DNA from: Candidatus Cloacimonadales bacterium
GTDB lineage: Bacteria; Cloacimonadota; Cloacimonadia; Cloacimonadales; JAIOQZ01
Direction of reading: 5' to 3'
Assembly (NCBI GenBank): GCA_963665815.1
Contig: OY762463.1
Span: forward strand, 3,200,001 to 3,264,000
Length of the DNA: 64,000 nucleotides
The notes under the pieces were generated by a model. That model saw only the letters and a list, made by a program, of their open reading frames with translations, did not search any database and had not been told where the DNA came from. Below are positions 10,047-20,500 of this stretch, piece after piece. Position 1 is the first letter of the stretch; every line of letters starts with the position of its first letter. The position numbers and the translations under genes are program-made.

Positions 10047-11442
10047 AATTGTGCTGCAGATTCTGTCTGCTGTAATTCTGCTTAATGTATGTGGGCTTGT
10101 GCATGCAGAGCAGATGAACGCAATTGTTGAGGAAAATGTGTTTCTCAATGAAAATGGTATTACAAAATACGAATTAGCGTATTCTGTACCTTATAATCAA
10201 ATGATGTTCTTCAAAAATACTGTTGAAGGCGGTGGAAGTATTTATACAGCTAATCTTGTTGTGTCATTGACTCTTGTATTGAATGGTCAGGAGCATCTTA
10301 TAGAATCAACAGAAAAAGTCGTGAATACCAGATTTGAGGAAAACACAAAGAAAAAAGACTATTATTACACTGACAAAGTGTCCCTTGACGTAAAAGCTGA
10401 TGGGTTGAACATAAGACTTACAATAGCTGATTTTGCAATAGGGAATGAATACAATTGGGAAGGCACTACAAAGTTGTTTGCTCTGACTGAAGATAATTTT
10501 TTAAGTGATCTTGAATTTTCTGATAATGTAATGCCTTATAAAATTGGAATGCCGGAAAAACTCGGAAGAGGTGATACTGTATATGTAGTTAATCCTACTC
10601 ACATGTTTACTGAAGATTATAAAGTTCATTTGTATTATGAGTATTATGGTGAGTCTAATGGTGGTGATTTTGAGGAAGAGATTACTGTAACGAGAAACGG
10701 TCAGGAAGAAGTTCTGGCAACATTTGAAAATCACTCGGATAAAATGGTAAACATCAGGCATTTTCCTATGATCATTGAAGCTGGACAGTTTGAAGATGGT
10801 GTTGCAAACTATGATGTTAAAGTAAAAGTTACTAATAAGAAGACCGGAAAAGTATCCGAAAAGATGGAAAAAATTGTAATTGCTAAAATGATTGTAAATT
10901 CTATCAGATTCTTCCAGAATATAGATGATGAGATAAAGCTGATAAACTATTTCGCAGACAGAAAGGATACAGCTAAATGGGAAAATCTCACTAAAGAAGG
11001 TAAGCTGAAGCAGATAGAGTTATTCTGGAGAAAGTTTGATAAAACTTTCATTGATGAGCTTAAGAAAAGAATCAATACTGCTAATCTGAGATTCAGGAAT
11101 TTTCAGGATGGCTGGAAGACTGATCAGGGAAGGATTTACATAAAATTCGGTGAGCCTGATCAACAGGAAAGGGGAGATACAATAAAAGCCCTGAACAGTG
11201 GAAATACTGATTCGGGAGACCTTGACGCTTATTCAGATATACTTATTACAAACAGAACATATGAAAGGTGGGTATACATGCAGGGCGGAGTCAATGCTGT
11301 ATATCTTTTTATTGAAACGAACTCAAATGGTGTATTTAAGCTGATGTATGGTAATAACGAAAAGGATACATCTGAAAATATTGAGAGAAATTGGAGAAAA
11401 TATTTTGGTGATAATTTTGATGAAGCAGAACTGAGATATTAA
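10015..11442 (+). CDS. Secreted GWxTD-domain protein
   Basis: Signal peptide; FW...RINTANLRF...GWKTDQGRIYIKFGEPD...YERWVY. Confidence 0.9.
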   Translation: MERIIMNYKIKIVLQILSAVILLNVCGLVHAEQMNAIVEENVFLNENGITKYELAYSVPYNQMMFFKNTVEGGGSIYTANLVVSLTLVLNGQEHLIESTEKVVNTRFEENTKKKDYYYTDKVSLDVKADGLNIRLTIADFAIGNEYNWEGTTKLFALTEDNFLSDLEFSDNVMPYKIGMPEKLGRGDTVYVVNPTHMFTEDYKVHLYYEYYGESNGGDFEEEITVTRNGQEEVLATFENHSDKMVNIRHFPMIIEAGQFEDGVANYDVKVKVTNKKTGKVSEKMEKIVIAKMIVNSIRFFQNIDDEIKLINYFADRKDTAKWENLTKEGKLKQIELFWRKFDKTFIDELKKRINTANLRFRNFQDGWKTDQGRIYIKFGEPDQQERGDTIKALNSGNTDSGDLDAYSDILITNRTYERWVYMQGGVNAVYLFIETNSNGVFKLMYGNNEKDTSENIERNWRKYFGDNFDEAELRY

Positions 11443-11464
11443 TTAATATTCATTGAAAACATTG

Positions 11465-11848
11465 TTAATAGAAATCAACTAATTCAGTAACTGGTGAAAA
11501 GGCATTTTCTATATGCTTAATTTCCCAGTTACATTTCCTTTTTGCAATTGCAATAACATCAAATCTCATTAGTTTTTCATTAAGATCTTGATTCTTGTTA
11601 ACGTAGTTCAAGGCTGTTCTGGAAATTTTTTTCTGTTTTTTCACAGAAATACTTGACAACGCATTATTAACAGAGCTATTTCTTGTTTTTACTTCAAAAA
11701 AAATTATAGTATTTTCGTAAGAAGCAATGATATCTACTTCTCCAAATTTAGAGAAATAGTTATGCTCTAATATCTGGTAACCCTTATTAATTAAATAAGT
11801 AAGAGCCAGTTTTTCTCCGGCTTGTCCGATTTTTTTGACCATACTCAA
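11465..11848 (-). CDS. yraN: YraN (UPF0102) family putative endonuclease
   Basis: G..GE..A..YL..KGY.ILE.NY...GEVDIIA...FFEVKTR...RFDVIAI. Confidence 0.92.
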   Translation of the reverse strand: MSMVKKIGQAGEKLALTYLINKGYQILEHNYFSKFGEVDIIASYENTIIFFEVKTRNSSVNNALSSISVKKQKKISRTALNYVNKNQDLNEKLMRFDVIAIAKRKCNWEIKHIENAFSPVTELVDFY

Positions 11849-11935
11849 AAAAAATAACTTGACTTAACAGTGTCAAATCATAAAACTTAGATTAGATTAA
11901 ATTGAATTTTTATAACCTTTGGAGGTAATATAATT

Positions 11936-13066
11936 ATGAAAAAAACGCTCTTGATTTTTGTTGTCTTGCTTTTGCTGGCGACGTTAAATGGCGTCCCATT
12001 TACTTCTATGGGGGGATTTAACATTCCTTCAGCAAGAGTATTACCACATAAAATGATGGAAGTATCCGTCATTGGCTCAGGTGGTCAGGGAATTAATGGA
12101 ATCGAAAGAGACAGTACTGCTTCTGGTCAAATAGTTTTTGATGCAGAACAGTATGACTTCACTTATGCAAGCATGATTAATTTTGGTTTGTTTGACAGGG
12201 CTGAAGTCGCATTAATATATGATGCAAACCAGGAAATACTGGGTAACTTCAAAATTCAGCTTTTCAATGAGACAGAAGCCCGACCAGCAATTGCATTCGG
12301 TATCAATAATCTTTTTTCTCCAATCAAGGATTTCAGGGATTGGAATGACGAAGAAATGATTGATGAAGAGTACTGGGTAGTTGATCCTTCCGGGAAATAT
12401 TCATACACTCATCCTGGCGATACCCTTGCAACTCATTATTCAATCAATGATGACTATCAGTATCAGGATATTGATGATTACATTGAGAATTCATGGTATT
12501 TTGTAATCAGTAAATCTGTTGTATGGGCAGATGTACCATTTTTACAAAACTTTGGTATTGATTACCTTGAATCAGTAATGCACCTTGGACTTGGTCAGGG
12601 AAAATTTGTTGGGAACGTTGATTTCTCCAAAAAATTTAACGGACTGTTCGGTGGTATTGAAGCAAAAGTATCAGATCTTGCATCTGTTTTTGCTGAAATT
12701 GATGGTCACAATATCAATGTTGGTGGAAGCCTTTCCATTAAGAAGTGGACTGTTAGTGCAGGTATGTACAGACTTGAGGAGATTTTCAATGATGTTGAAA
12801 GCGATCCGAAATTTGCATTAAGTGTGAAATATGCAATCGATGCATGGTCTGAATTAAAGTACAATGAAAGAAATGCTGTTGAAAGTACTCCAGGTACATC
12901 ATCAGTTCCTTCTGGAAGACGTACAGTAAGACAAGGTAAAAAGGAAGTTCAGGAACAATCCGGAGATAATCCGCTTTTACAGGAACTTGAAGCTATCAGA
13001 GCTAAACGTAAAGAAGCAGAAAAAGAATTGGAAGCAATTAAGAGTTTATTAGAAGAAGAAGAATAG
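11936..13066 (+). CDS. Putative outer-membrane beta-barrel (YjbH/GfcD-like) with C-terminal coiled coil
   Basis: Signal peptide; GGFNIPSARVL N-terminal motif; alternating aromatic beta-strands; GLFGGIE...FAEIDG; charged heptad tail. Confidence 0.6.
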   Translation: MKKTLLIFVVLLLLATLNGVPFTSMGGFNIPSARVLPHKMMEVSVIGSGGQGINGIERDSTASGQIVFDAEQYDFTYASMINFGLFDRAEVALIYDANQEILGNFKIQLFNETEARPAIAFGINNLFSPIKDFRDWNDEEMIDEEYWVVDPSGKYSYTHPGDTLATHYSINDDYQYQDIDDYIENSWYFVISKSVVWADVPFLQNFGIDYLESVMHLGLGQGKFVGNVDFSKKFNGLFGGIEAKVSDLASVFAEIDGHNINVGGSLSIKKWTVSAGMYRLEEIFNDVESDPKFALSVKYAIDAWSELKYNERNAVESTPGTSSVPSGRRTVRQGKKEVQEQSGDNPLLQELEAIRAKRKEAEKELEAIKSLLEEEE

Positions 13067-13067
13067 T

Positions 13068-15095
13068 ATGAAAATTAAATCAGTTTTCTTGTGTCTTTTT
13101 ATATTATTATCTGCAATGAATATGGCAGCTCAACAGGAGCAGTCTTTTGAAGCAGGTATCGTGAATGAGCTCAGCGGGGAGATTGATGAACTCGGTCGAC
13201 TTGCTGAAAAGAAAGAGGTTGTAAAAAAACTTGCTGATAAAGGTGATCAGGCAACAATCTTGAGATTATTTAATTCAGATGCTGCTGTAGTTGATGAGGT
13301 GCTTGCACTTAAACAACTGAAACCAGTGCAGGATGAGTTGAATAGTATGGAAATTGTATATAGTGATGTTGATTTCCTCAAAGGATATCTAAATTACTAT
13401 GAAGCTAGAACTCAAATCCTGGAAGGCAGACTAACTCGAGCTCAATATTCACTTGAAGAATTTGTTGGAAATGCTTCAAATACAGATAAAAGAAAAGATG
13501 CAATTTACTGGCTGGAATATGTGTATTTCATGTCAGGTAATGACAGAGAACTGATTGCGCTGCATAAAAATCATTATAACTGGGCAGAAGATGAAAGTCA
13601 GAAATTCTGGCTCGGTAATGCTTATTACAATATATCCGATATTACAACCGCAGAGACAATATTTACATCATTGAAATCATCTCCTATTTATGGAGAAAAA
13701 GCTGATTTGATGTTGACTCTTATAGGTTACTCGGAATATGGATTGGAATATGCAATAGAAAAATTCCTGGAATATGTAAATGATAAAGGTGAAAGCGGAG
13801 CAAATATAGATTTTGTTTATTTATCACTTGGTCGTCTATATCAGGAACGTAATGATTTTGAAAAAGCAATATATTGCTACGATAAATACAGTGAATTAAC
13901 TAAAGATGAACCTTCAAATGAATTCTGGTATGAGCTTTTCCTTCTTGCTGTTAAAAACAAAAGATTTGATGAAGCTAAAAGATACCTTAAATATATAATT
14001 GATGGTCCAAGTACCGGAGATTATTTTAATTCTGCAAGTTATCTCTACGCCGTGATGTACCAGTTGATGGGTAATCTGGATAATGCTGATCAGGAAATTC
14101 AGACCGCTATAAAAGATGCTGAAAATATTTCAGAAATTTTAATAACCAAAGAGCGTTTAATGGATAAAATTAAAGTTCTGAAAGATAAGCATGCCCAGAC
14201 TGAAGACATGAATGAACGTAAAGAAATTGCAGAAAAACTTGAAAAATTCAATCAGGCTGCCAGAGGCTCTAGTGATATGCTGATAGATATCACTATGGGC
14301 ATTTCTGATGATGATATATTGAAACTTGCAATTCTTGAAGAAGAATATTTCAGTTACAACAGTACTATTAATGAAATGGAAAATATGATTCATGTATTGG
14401 AAACTACATCAAATAAGAAAATTCCGAAAGCCATGGATACATTGATAGATAATCTTGATGAAGATATTGTCAGATTTAAGACTATAAGAAGTCTTGCTAA
14501 TCTTGATAATTTTACTGTTGATGATTATCAGCTTTCATATGCAATTAATAGTGAAATTTACTATATGGAAAAGGTCGTTGATACATACAAGAGCCTTGAG
14601 AAATATGGTAAAAGAAAGAACAAAACAAGGCTTGTTACTTCAGCAAAGAAAAATCAGGAGTTACTCAATGATCTTAAAATATCGCTGGATGCAATACTTG
14701 TAAGTTCATTCGGAGATGTAGATTCTTCTGCATTGATTCAGCAGGTAATTACTGAGGAAATCAAAAGTGCAGAAGTATTGAAGGAAAACTATGCTTTAAC
14801 AAGAAAACTTGTTATTAAGAACTTCAATAAAGTACTCGCCAGAAGAGTTAAAAAAGAGAAGAATCTTCTTGATTCTGAAAATACAAAGATTTATGCGAAT
14901 TACTCAGATCGTATAAAGGCTTTCCAGAAAAGACTGAAAGAAATAGACCAAAGATACAATTTTACAAAATTAGATATTCTTTATGCAAGAGCTAAAGAAT
15001 ACGATGATGAGTTTAAGTTAATGCAGGAAGATTACAGAAATGCATCATCGGTTAATGAAAACATAGAAAATCCTGAATCAAAATCAGGCGAATAA
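13068..15095 (+). CDS. Secreted TPR / coiled-coil protein (GltC-like position)
   Basis: Signal peptide; TPR signatures (FWLGNAYY, YLSLGRLYQERNDFEKAIYCYDKY); helical coiled-coil C-half. Confidence 0.7.
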   Translation: MKIKSVFLCLFILLSAMNMAAQQEQSFEAGIVNELSGEIDELGRLAEKKEVVKKLADKGDQATILRLFNSDAAVVDEVLALKQLKPVQDELNSMEIVYSDVDFLKGYLNYYEARTQILEGRLTRAQYSLEEFVGNASNTDKRKDAIYWLEYVYFMSGNDRELIALHKNHYNWAEDESQKFWLGNAYYNISDITTAETIFTSLKSSPIYGEKADLMLTLIGYSEYGLEYAIEKFLEYVNDKGESGANIDFVYLSLGRLYQERNDFEKAIYCYDKYSELTKDEPSNEFWYELFLLAVKNKRFDEAKRYLKYIIDGPSTGDYFNSASYLYAVMYQLMGNLDNADQEIQTAIKDAENISEILITKERLMDKIKVLKDKHAQTEDMNERKEIAEKLEKFNQAARGSSDMLIDITMGISDDDILKLAILEEEYFSYNSTINEMENMIHVLETTSNKKIPKAMDTLIDNLDEDIVRFKTIRSLANLDNFTVDDYQLSYAINSEIYYMEKVVDTYKSLEKYGKRKNKTRLVTSAKKNQELLNDLKISLDAILVSSFGDVDSSALIQQVITEEIKSAEVLKENYALTRKLVIKNFNKVLARRVKKEKNLLDSENTKIYANYSDRIKAFQKRLKEIDQRYNFTKLDILYARAKEYDDEFKLMQEDYRNASSVNENIENPESKSGE

Positions 15096-15115
15096 TTAAA
15101 CTAAAAGGCACATCA

Positions 15116-18100
15116 ATGGGAAAGAAAGTTAGTTATCTAATATTGTTCCTTTTCATCAGTAGTATTATACTGTCTTCAGTGACATCATATGAAGAATTAG
15201 CAAAGAGAAAAGAAAAAAATGATGCTTATAAGCGAGAGCTGTTCAGAAAAACCGAAAGTTTTATTAAAGACAACCCAGACTCTCCTGATCTCGCGTTTCT
15301 TTATTTTCAACTTGCAGAAATCAGTGCTCAGGTTGATGGGATAGATAACCCGTTAAAACCTGCAAAGCTTTACAGCAAAGTTCTTGAGATTGATCCTGAT
15401 TTTACTGATAAAGATGTTGTTTTATATCAAAAAGCTTTCTATCTGTTTCAAGCTGAATCACAAAGAGTTGATGAAGGTAGAACAAGAAATCTTTATACCG
15501 AGGGAATTGATGTTGAAAGCTGGCCTGATTCATTAAGATTAATAAAAGATAACGCAAGAATCAGTGAGGCAGTTGATGCTTATAATGAAGTATTCAAAAT
15601 GCCTAATTCTGATTTAAGAGATGATGCGATTTATCGACTTGGGAACATATATTACAACCTTGCACTGGATGCAAGATCTCCCTTGAAATATTATAAAACA
15701 GCTATATCGTATTTTGATTATCTTGCTCAAAAATCTGAAGACGAAAAGTACAAAGATTACGGATTGGCTTACAGAGCATGGGCTAAATTTGCCAGTGGTT
15801 TTTACGAAGAATCCATTGCTGATTTCACTCTAATCCTTGATAAGATTAGAAAAGAAGGAAACGAAAGGCTGAAGACTTACTTTGAAGTAGATGCTGTAGA
15901 AAATCTGGCATATTCATTTGTGGAATTTGATGGTGGAAATTATGAACAATATTCTATTGCTGCGGCAAAAGCCATTGAATTGTTCAATCAGATTGTAGAT
16001 GAAAAATATGGTAAGCAAATTTTGAACAAAGCTATTGAATACAAAAGGGATTTGAATTCACCTATGCAGGCAATGGATTTATATAATGCATACATTTCAA
16101 TTTATCCAATGTCGCCTGAGAATCCATCTATTATTGATTCTATCAGATTACTGTTGACCAGGAATCCTTCAAATTCGAGAGCTACCAGTGATAATGAGCT
16201 GGAAGAATTTATTATTAAAGAAAAAGTACGTCTGGTTGAGAATTACAATACAGATTCAGACTGGTATAAAACAAATGTAGATTCTGCAGGGGCAGATGTT
16301 ACTGCAGAACTGAAAATAATAAGAGAAGCTTACGAGTTTTTATTTAACAGGTATTACAATAATTTTTCTCAGGATCCTGAGTATGTAAAACTTGAAAAAT
16401 ATAAGGATCTCACAGATTCTTATGAAAAATTTCATCAGTTTAAAGATGAGAAATATGATAAGCATATTTATGATAATTATGTGAATTATGTTGAAGCTCT
16501 TTATATAATGGCGGGAATGAATAAGACTCCTGAAGAATTCCTTAAGGCTCGTGAAGCATTTATAAATCTTAATGAGAGATACCCTGAGAATGAGAATTAT
16601 TATGACAATGAATTCAGAATTTTCCTTTGTATTGATGAAATAAGAAATCAGGTAAAAGATTTGGATGAAACGGATGTTTCTGCTAACGAAGGTACTGATT
16701 CCACTGTAACCACAGGTATTTCAAGAAAAGATGCAGATTCAATGTATGTTGATGCTACTCTCAAATTCGAAAAGATCTTGAGAAACCCAAAATATGCAGA
16801 AATGGATAAAGAAAATCTGCTTCCTAAGTTAGTATATAACAGAGCAGAGATAAGATTCAAAAATGCTATTTTTGACTCTGCCTATGTTGACTATGAAAAA
16901 CTACTTGAACTTGAAATAAAAGATAATGTTAAGAAACGAGCTTATCTTCAACTCGCTGTTCTGAATGAAAAGAGAAACGATTTTGTTCTCTCCAGAGAGT
17001 ATTTTGAAAAAGCATTAGCACTTGCCGATAATGAAGATCAGGAAATGATCAGAACAAATATTGATGCATCAATTCAGAGTAATGCAAAGAAACTGAAAAC
17101 CGGTGGTGATCTGGTTCAATCTGCTGAAGGCTATCTTGAACTTGCTGACAGATATAAGGATAAGGACAAGAAAAAGAGCCGTGGATTTGTTGTTGAAGCA
17201 ATTAACACATACAAGCAAGTACCCGACTATCAAAAGGCTATTGATTTGTGGCTGAGTTTGACAGATGACCTTATTACTCCGAAACCTGTTGAAGAGAACA
17301 AAGTTGAAGTTCTTACATATTATAAAAATGCCTGGGATATTGCTGATTCTCTTATGACTGACCTTGAACAAGGTAAGGATTTGAGATATAGATTCATCGG
17401 ATTATATCCAAACAGTAATGAAGCTTATCAACTTCATATTGAGATTATTAAAATGTACGAAGAAGGCGCCTTTAAAAATATAGAAACTGCTGCAGAAATG
17501 TATATGGATTTATATGAGAAGTCTCGATCAATGGACTTAGGTACTGAGAAGAGAGAAGATTTGTATCTTCAATCTTTCAAGCTGTATAAAGAACTTGGTA
17601 ATGAGGATAAAGTCGTTGAGTTGAGCCTTGATTTTGAGAAGAAATATCCTGATCACCCTGCAGCAATGTCAATGCTTATCGAAGTTGCTAAAAAGTACAA
17701 AAATCAGAATAAAGAAGAGGAATTCAAGAGTCTGGCAAAATATATTCATAAGAAAGACCCGAATAACAATCTGCTAAGCAATATTGCAGCTTCTGAATTG
17801 AGAGAAATATACATGGAAGCTGACAGTTTATTCAAAACGAAAGATTTCGGTGCAATGAATGAAAAGATTTTCGAATACAAGAGGCTGGAAAGCAAGTATG
17901 AGAAAGAAAATCTTGATATTAAAGTTGATATTGTTCATGAAGATTTTGCTTACTGGAAAGATTACGTAAAATATTATGATAATTTTGACAAAACCTTTGA
18001 AAAAGTGAACAGTACATTCCTTGATCGAACTCCACAACAGTTATTGAAAGTGAATAACCTTACAAGATTCGGTAGGAACTTTAAAGGTCGTATAAAGAAA

Positions 18101-19462
18101 CTTAAGGAAAGTGCAGATAAAGCTTCTGAGGAATTGGCAAAGCTATTCGTAGACGGACGTAGTTATGAGATGAAACTTGAACAGGAAACTAAAATATTAT
18201 ACACAATTGGATATTGTTATGAGTATGCTTCTGAAGTTCTTGTAGGGCAGACACAAAAGTTTGCTGATGTTTCAATGGATGCAAATGAAGCAAAAAATAC
18301 CGGTGTCGGTCACTATAATGAGTTTAAGAAACTGCTTTTCGGTTATGTTAATCCATATAGACAGGAACTTTTGACTACTGCTGCCGGTCGTTATATGGAA
18401 TTATACGAGAATTACTATATGAACAAAGATTATAGAGATGACAACTATCAACACCCATATGACAAACTTGTTGAGTGGGGTGTAATGACTGATAAAGTTT
18501 ATGTTGATACTGATATAACTTCATGGAAGTCCAATGCAATTGATATGGGAGCTGATTTCGCAGTTTCTGCATTGAATTCTGATTGGTCAAATTCAGTTGT
18601 GACTGATACTGTTGATTCCAGAGGAACAAAATATCCACTTTGGACGCTTGAACCGGGATTTGTAAACTATTACAAGAATACACTGAACATTGAAATGATT
18701 CCTGAAATTGTTACATTTACCTATGTTGCAGCAAACAAGGCAGAAATATCAATTAACAATAATATTTTGAATGCTGAGCATGTTAAAAGTGATTCCATGA
18801 AAATTGATGGTGAAAACTATTATGTTTATCATGTTAAGACGCTAGATAACATTGCAACAGGTAATAATGCCTTTGTATTCAAGGCAGATCCAGCAAACAC
18901 GAATAAGTTTTCTGCAAAAGTGACAGCACAATATGATGCTGATAAACTTGAGTACTTCAGAACTACAGAAAAAAGATCTCTTGTCTCAGATTACACTTGG
19001 ATGACTAAAGAAGCTGACGAGATTGACCCGAATATTACTGAGATAGACTCAACTTGGTCTTTTGCAGGTCAGGATTTGTCAGTATTCTATAAAGTTAGTA
19101 TTGATGGCATGCAGGAAGGCGAATCTGATGCTATTGGTATCTGGGCTCCGAATCCTGATTCAACCAGAGTGTACTCAGTATATTTCTGGAAGAAAATCAA
19201 TATAGAAAGCGAATTTCTTGATGGGGAAATTAAGGTAGTTGGACATGAGTTTACTTCAATCTGGATAAATGGTCAGGAAATGTTATATGAATTCCCAATT
19301 GATCTTGATCCAATTATTAATAAAGTATACCCAAGCCCTGTGCTGCTTGATAGTTCTAACTTCGTTCAAGGTGAGAATATCATTCTTGTAAAAGTTACTA
19401 GTAATAGAAACTGGAAGACGCTTTACTTTGATATGCAGTATACAGTTAAAAAACCGGAGTAA
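15116..19462 (+). CDS. Giant secreted TPR protein (GltD/AgmU-like) with C-terminal beta-sandwich domains
   Basis: Signal peptide; many TPR repeats (YFQLAE, DDAIYRLGNIYY, EKKYPDHP); beta-rich C-terminal about 300 aa. Confidence 0.75.
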   Translation: MGKKVSYLILFLFISSIILSSVTSYEELAKRKEKNDAYKRELFRKTESFIKDNPDSPDLAFLYFQLAEISAQVDGIDNPLKPAKLYSKVLEIDPDFTDKDVVLYQKAFYLFQAESQRVDEGRTRNLYTEGIDVESWPDSLRLIKDNARISEAVDAYNEVFKMPNSDLRDDAIYRLGNIYYNLALDARSPLKYYKTAISYFDYLAQKSEDEKYKDYGLAYRAWAKFASGFYEESIADFTLILDKIRKEGNERLKTYFEVDAVENLAYSFVEFDGGNYEQYSIAAAKAIELFNQIVDEKYGKQILNKAIEYKRDLNSPMQAMDLYNAYISIYPMSPENPSIIDSIRLLLTRNPSNSRATSDNELEEFIIKEKVRLVENYNTDSDWYKTNVDSAGADVTAELKIIREAYEFLFNRYYNNFSQDPEYVKLEKYKDLTDSYEKFHQFKDEKYDKHIYDNYVNYVEALYIMAGMNKTPEEFLKAREAFINLNERYPENENYYDNEFRIFLCIDEIRNQVKDLDETDVSANEGTDSTVTTGISRKDADSMYVDATLKFEKILRNPKYAEMDKENLLPKLVYNRAEIRFKNAIFDSAYVDYEKLLELEIKDNVKKRAYLQLAVLNEKRNDFVLSREYFEKALALADNEDQEMIRTNIDASIQSNAKKLKTGGDLVQSAEGYLELADRYKDKDKKKSRGFVVEAINTYKQVPDYQKAIDLWLSLTDDLITPKPVEENKVEVLTYYKNAWDIADSLMTDLEQGKDLRYRFIGLYPNSNEAYQLHIEIIKMYEEGAFKNIETAAEMYMDLYEKSRSMDLGTEKREDLYLQSFKLYKELGNEDKVVELSLDFEKKYPDHPAAMSMLIEVAKKYKNQNKEEEFKSLAKYIHKKDPNNNLLSNIAASELREIYMEADSLFKTKDFGAMNEKIFEYKRLESKYEKENLDIKVDIVHEDFAYWKDYVKYYDNFDKTFEKVNSTFLDRTPQQLLKVNNLTRFGRNFKGRIKKLKESADKASEELAKLFVDGRSYEMKLEQETKILYTIGYCYEYASEVLVGQTQKFADVSMDANEAKNTGVGHYNEFKKLLFGYVNPYRQELLTTAAGRYMELYENYYMNKDYRDDNYQHPYDKLVEWGVMTDKVYVDTDITSWKSNAIDMGADFAVSALNSDWSNSVVTDTVDSRGTKYPLWTLEPGFVNYYKNTLNIEMIPEIVTFTYVAANKAEISINNNILNAEHVKSDSMKIDGENYYVYHVKTLDNIATGNNAFVFKADPANTNKFSAKVTAQYDADKLEYFRTTEKRSLVSDYTWMTKEADEIDPNITEIDSTWSFAGQDLSVFYKVSIDGMQEGESDAIGIWAPNPDSTRVYSVYFWKKINIESEFLDGEIKVVGHEFTSIWINGQEMLYEFPIDLDPIINKVYPSPVLLDSSNFVQGENIILVKVTSNRNWKTLYFDMQYTVKKPE

Positions 19463-19467
19463 GATAA

Positions 19468-19719
19468 ATGAAAAGAATCACAATATTTATATTAATGATG
19501 TTTATGCTTGGCTTATATGCTCAGGAAAACAAGAAGAGCATCAAGGATAAATACAAAAACGTAGCAACTTTAAAGAGTAAGGAAGTCAAAGAAGTAAAAG
19601 TTGAAGATCTTAAACCGGATAATTCCGCATTACTAGGCAAAAAAGATTCTCCGAAAAAAGCTGGACTTAAAAGACATGCTATAGAGAATTTTAAGAAATC
19701 TAATAAATTATTATATTAA
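19468..19719 (+). CDS. Small secreted basic protein (GltF/CglF-like position)
   Basis: Signal peptide (LYAQE); 83 aa; lies between the giant TPR gene and the motor genes. Confidence 0.65.
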   Translation: MKRITIFILMMFMLGLYAQENKKSIKDKYKNVATLKSKEVKEVKVEDLKPDNSALLGKKDSPKKAGLKRHAIENFKKSNKLLY

Positions 19720-19737
19720 TAAAAACAGGAGGTCGAA

Positions 19738-20490
19738 ATGACACCTAAAGTCAAAAAGACTTTTTTCACCATTTTATTCATGGTTACCGGAGTATTAATG
19801 TTCGCTCAAAACGTTAAGGTTGATACAGATGAGTTTAGTCCAATTGCGTTGTTTATGGGCGCTATTGAGTGGATGGCTCCAATTGCTTTTCTCGGAGTAG
19901 TATCACTGGTTCTGTTTTTTGTGAAGTTTGGTATTCTTTATTTTAAAGAAAAACTTGATGCCGGAAAATTCTACCTTAAACTTAAAGGATTCATTAAAAA
20001 TGGTCAATACGATGAAGCGGTAAAAACATGTCAGCCACACAAAGACAAGATTCTTGGCTTCGTATTCTGGAATGGACTTCTTGCATTTAACGATGCTAAA
20101 AAAGCCGGAAAACAAGGTGTTGAACTTGAAGAATCACTCGCAAACGCTCTTAATGAAGCCGGTATGCAGAAAGCTCCACAAGTAACTGCAGGATTACACT
20201 GGTTTGACATTGTTGGACAGGTTGCTACACTTCTTGGACTTCTTGGTACAATCGCCGGTCTTATTGACGCGTTCTCAGCTCTTGCATCACTTGGTGAATC
20301 CGAACAGGGTGCAGCACTTACAGGTGGTATTGCTAAAGCGATGGGTACAACTGGTTTCGGACTTCTTGTTGCAATTCCAACTATGTTCTTCAAAGGTATC
20401 CTTGAAGGTCGAGCTACAACTATCGTCAGCAAAATTGATGAGTATAGTGTAAAAATAGTTAATGAGATTAGTAACTCAATTAAGAAATAA
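19738..20490 (+). CDS. MotA/TolQ/ExbB proton-channel subunit (AglR-like)
   Basis: ATLLGLLGTIAGLIDAF and GIAKAMGTTGFGLLVAIP transmembrane motifs. Confidence 0.92.
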   Translation: MTPKVKKTFFTILFMVTGVLMFAQNVKVDTDEFSPIALFMGAIEWMAPIAFLGVVSLVLFFVKFGILYFKEKLDAGKFYLKLKGFIKNGQYDEAVKTCQPHKDKILGFVFWNGLLAFNDAKKAGKQGVELEESLANALNEAGMQKAPQVTAGLHWFDIVGQVATLLGLLGTIAGLIDAFSALASLGESEQGAALTGGIAKAMGTTGFGLLVAIPTMFFKGILEGRATTIVSKIDEYSVKIVNEISNSIKK

Positions 20491-20500
20491 GGAGCAATAG

